Shown: piece by piece, positions 6,710 through 7,002 of the stretch
Layout: each line of letters opens with the position of its first letter
Position numbering within the stretch: the stretch's first letter is position 1
NCBI RefSeq assembly: GCF_006345805.1
Contig: NW_021829129.1
Span: forward strand, 1-7,002
DNA length: 7,002 bases
DNA from: Octopus sinensis
Taxonomy: Eukaryota
Direction of reading: 5' to 3'
Program-made: the position numbers and the translations under genes
Notes under the pieces: generated by a model
The model's database searches: none
Told to the model about the DNA's origin: nothing
Seen by the model: only the letters and a program-made list of their open reading frames with translations

Positions 6710-7002
6710 TTGACTGAAAATTTTGAAGCCCCCGATGTGTGGAAGAGGCATGGAATTCTCCTTGGAATCCGCGCCGTAAGGACAAACAAGGAGATACCGG
6801 AGTTCCTCAATGTCAGCAGAAGGAAGGTGGAAAAAGTCAGAAAGGAGCTAGAAAATTCAGGATTAGACTACTTGGTGATAGCAAAGAGAAAAACTCATGA
6901 CCGATAATCTGACACCATCAGAATGCAGCAATTCGTCACTAAAACCCAGAAGATCAACTATGATCCCATCAAGTCGTGTGGGCCATTGCATAGGAGAAAG
7001 GT
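6710..7002 (+). pseudogene. Tc1/mariner (IS630 superfamily) transposase N-terminal HTH region, disrupted, runs off the window
   Basis: WKRHGILLGIRAVRTNKEIPEFLNVSRRKVEKVRK...KRKTHDR*SDTIR...FV.K.QKI..DPIKS / WAIA*EKG resembles the paired-like HTH (I..FL.VSR.TV..V.K), the R..R linker, and the DP..S.R.IA.E second HTH of Tc1/mariner transposases. It starts with TTG, has a stop at 6905-6907 and a frameshift near 6975. The DDE/D domain lies outside the window, so the subfamily is not determinable. Confidence 0.8.

Noticed and set aside
6414-6713. 99-aa ORF as a host gene
   Set aside because: Its N-terminal third is RTE LINE sequence and the rest reads through the junction and transposon leader.

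Overview
AT-rich, microsatellite-dense eukaryotic intergenic or intronic DNA with no intact host gene. The organism is most likely an octopus, inferred from a recognisable octopod SINE at 1-144 and the microsatellite style. The window is a mosaic of transposon relics. The main structure is a ~2.2 kb element (144-2339) bounded by ~150 bp inverted arms that are 94% identical over their 100-bp core. The left arm carries, on the minus strand, a near-complete type I hammerhead ribozyme (CUGAAGA - long stem II - GAAA - palindromic stem III - GUA). The right arm carries the 3' half of the same motif on the plus strand. Between them lie eroded, correctly ordered Penelope-like reverse transcriptase motifs. 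I interpret this as a decayed or non-autonomous Penelope-like retroelement (PLE) with inverted pseudo-LTRs. The rest holds two RTE-clade LINE fragments (3000-3523 and 5999-6524), the start of a Tc1/mariner transposase pseudogene (6710 to the window end), a possible hAT terminus, and ~1.3 kb of compound microsatellites that explain most ORFs in the supplied track. All protein and family assignments come from manual translation and recalled motif consensus, not database searches.
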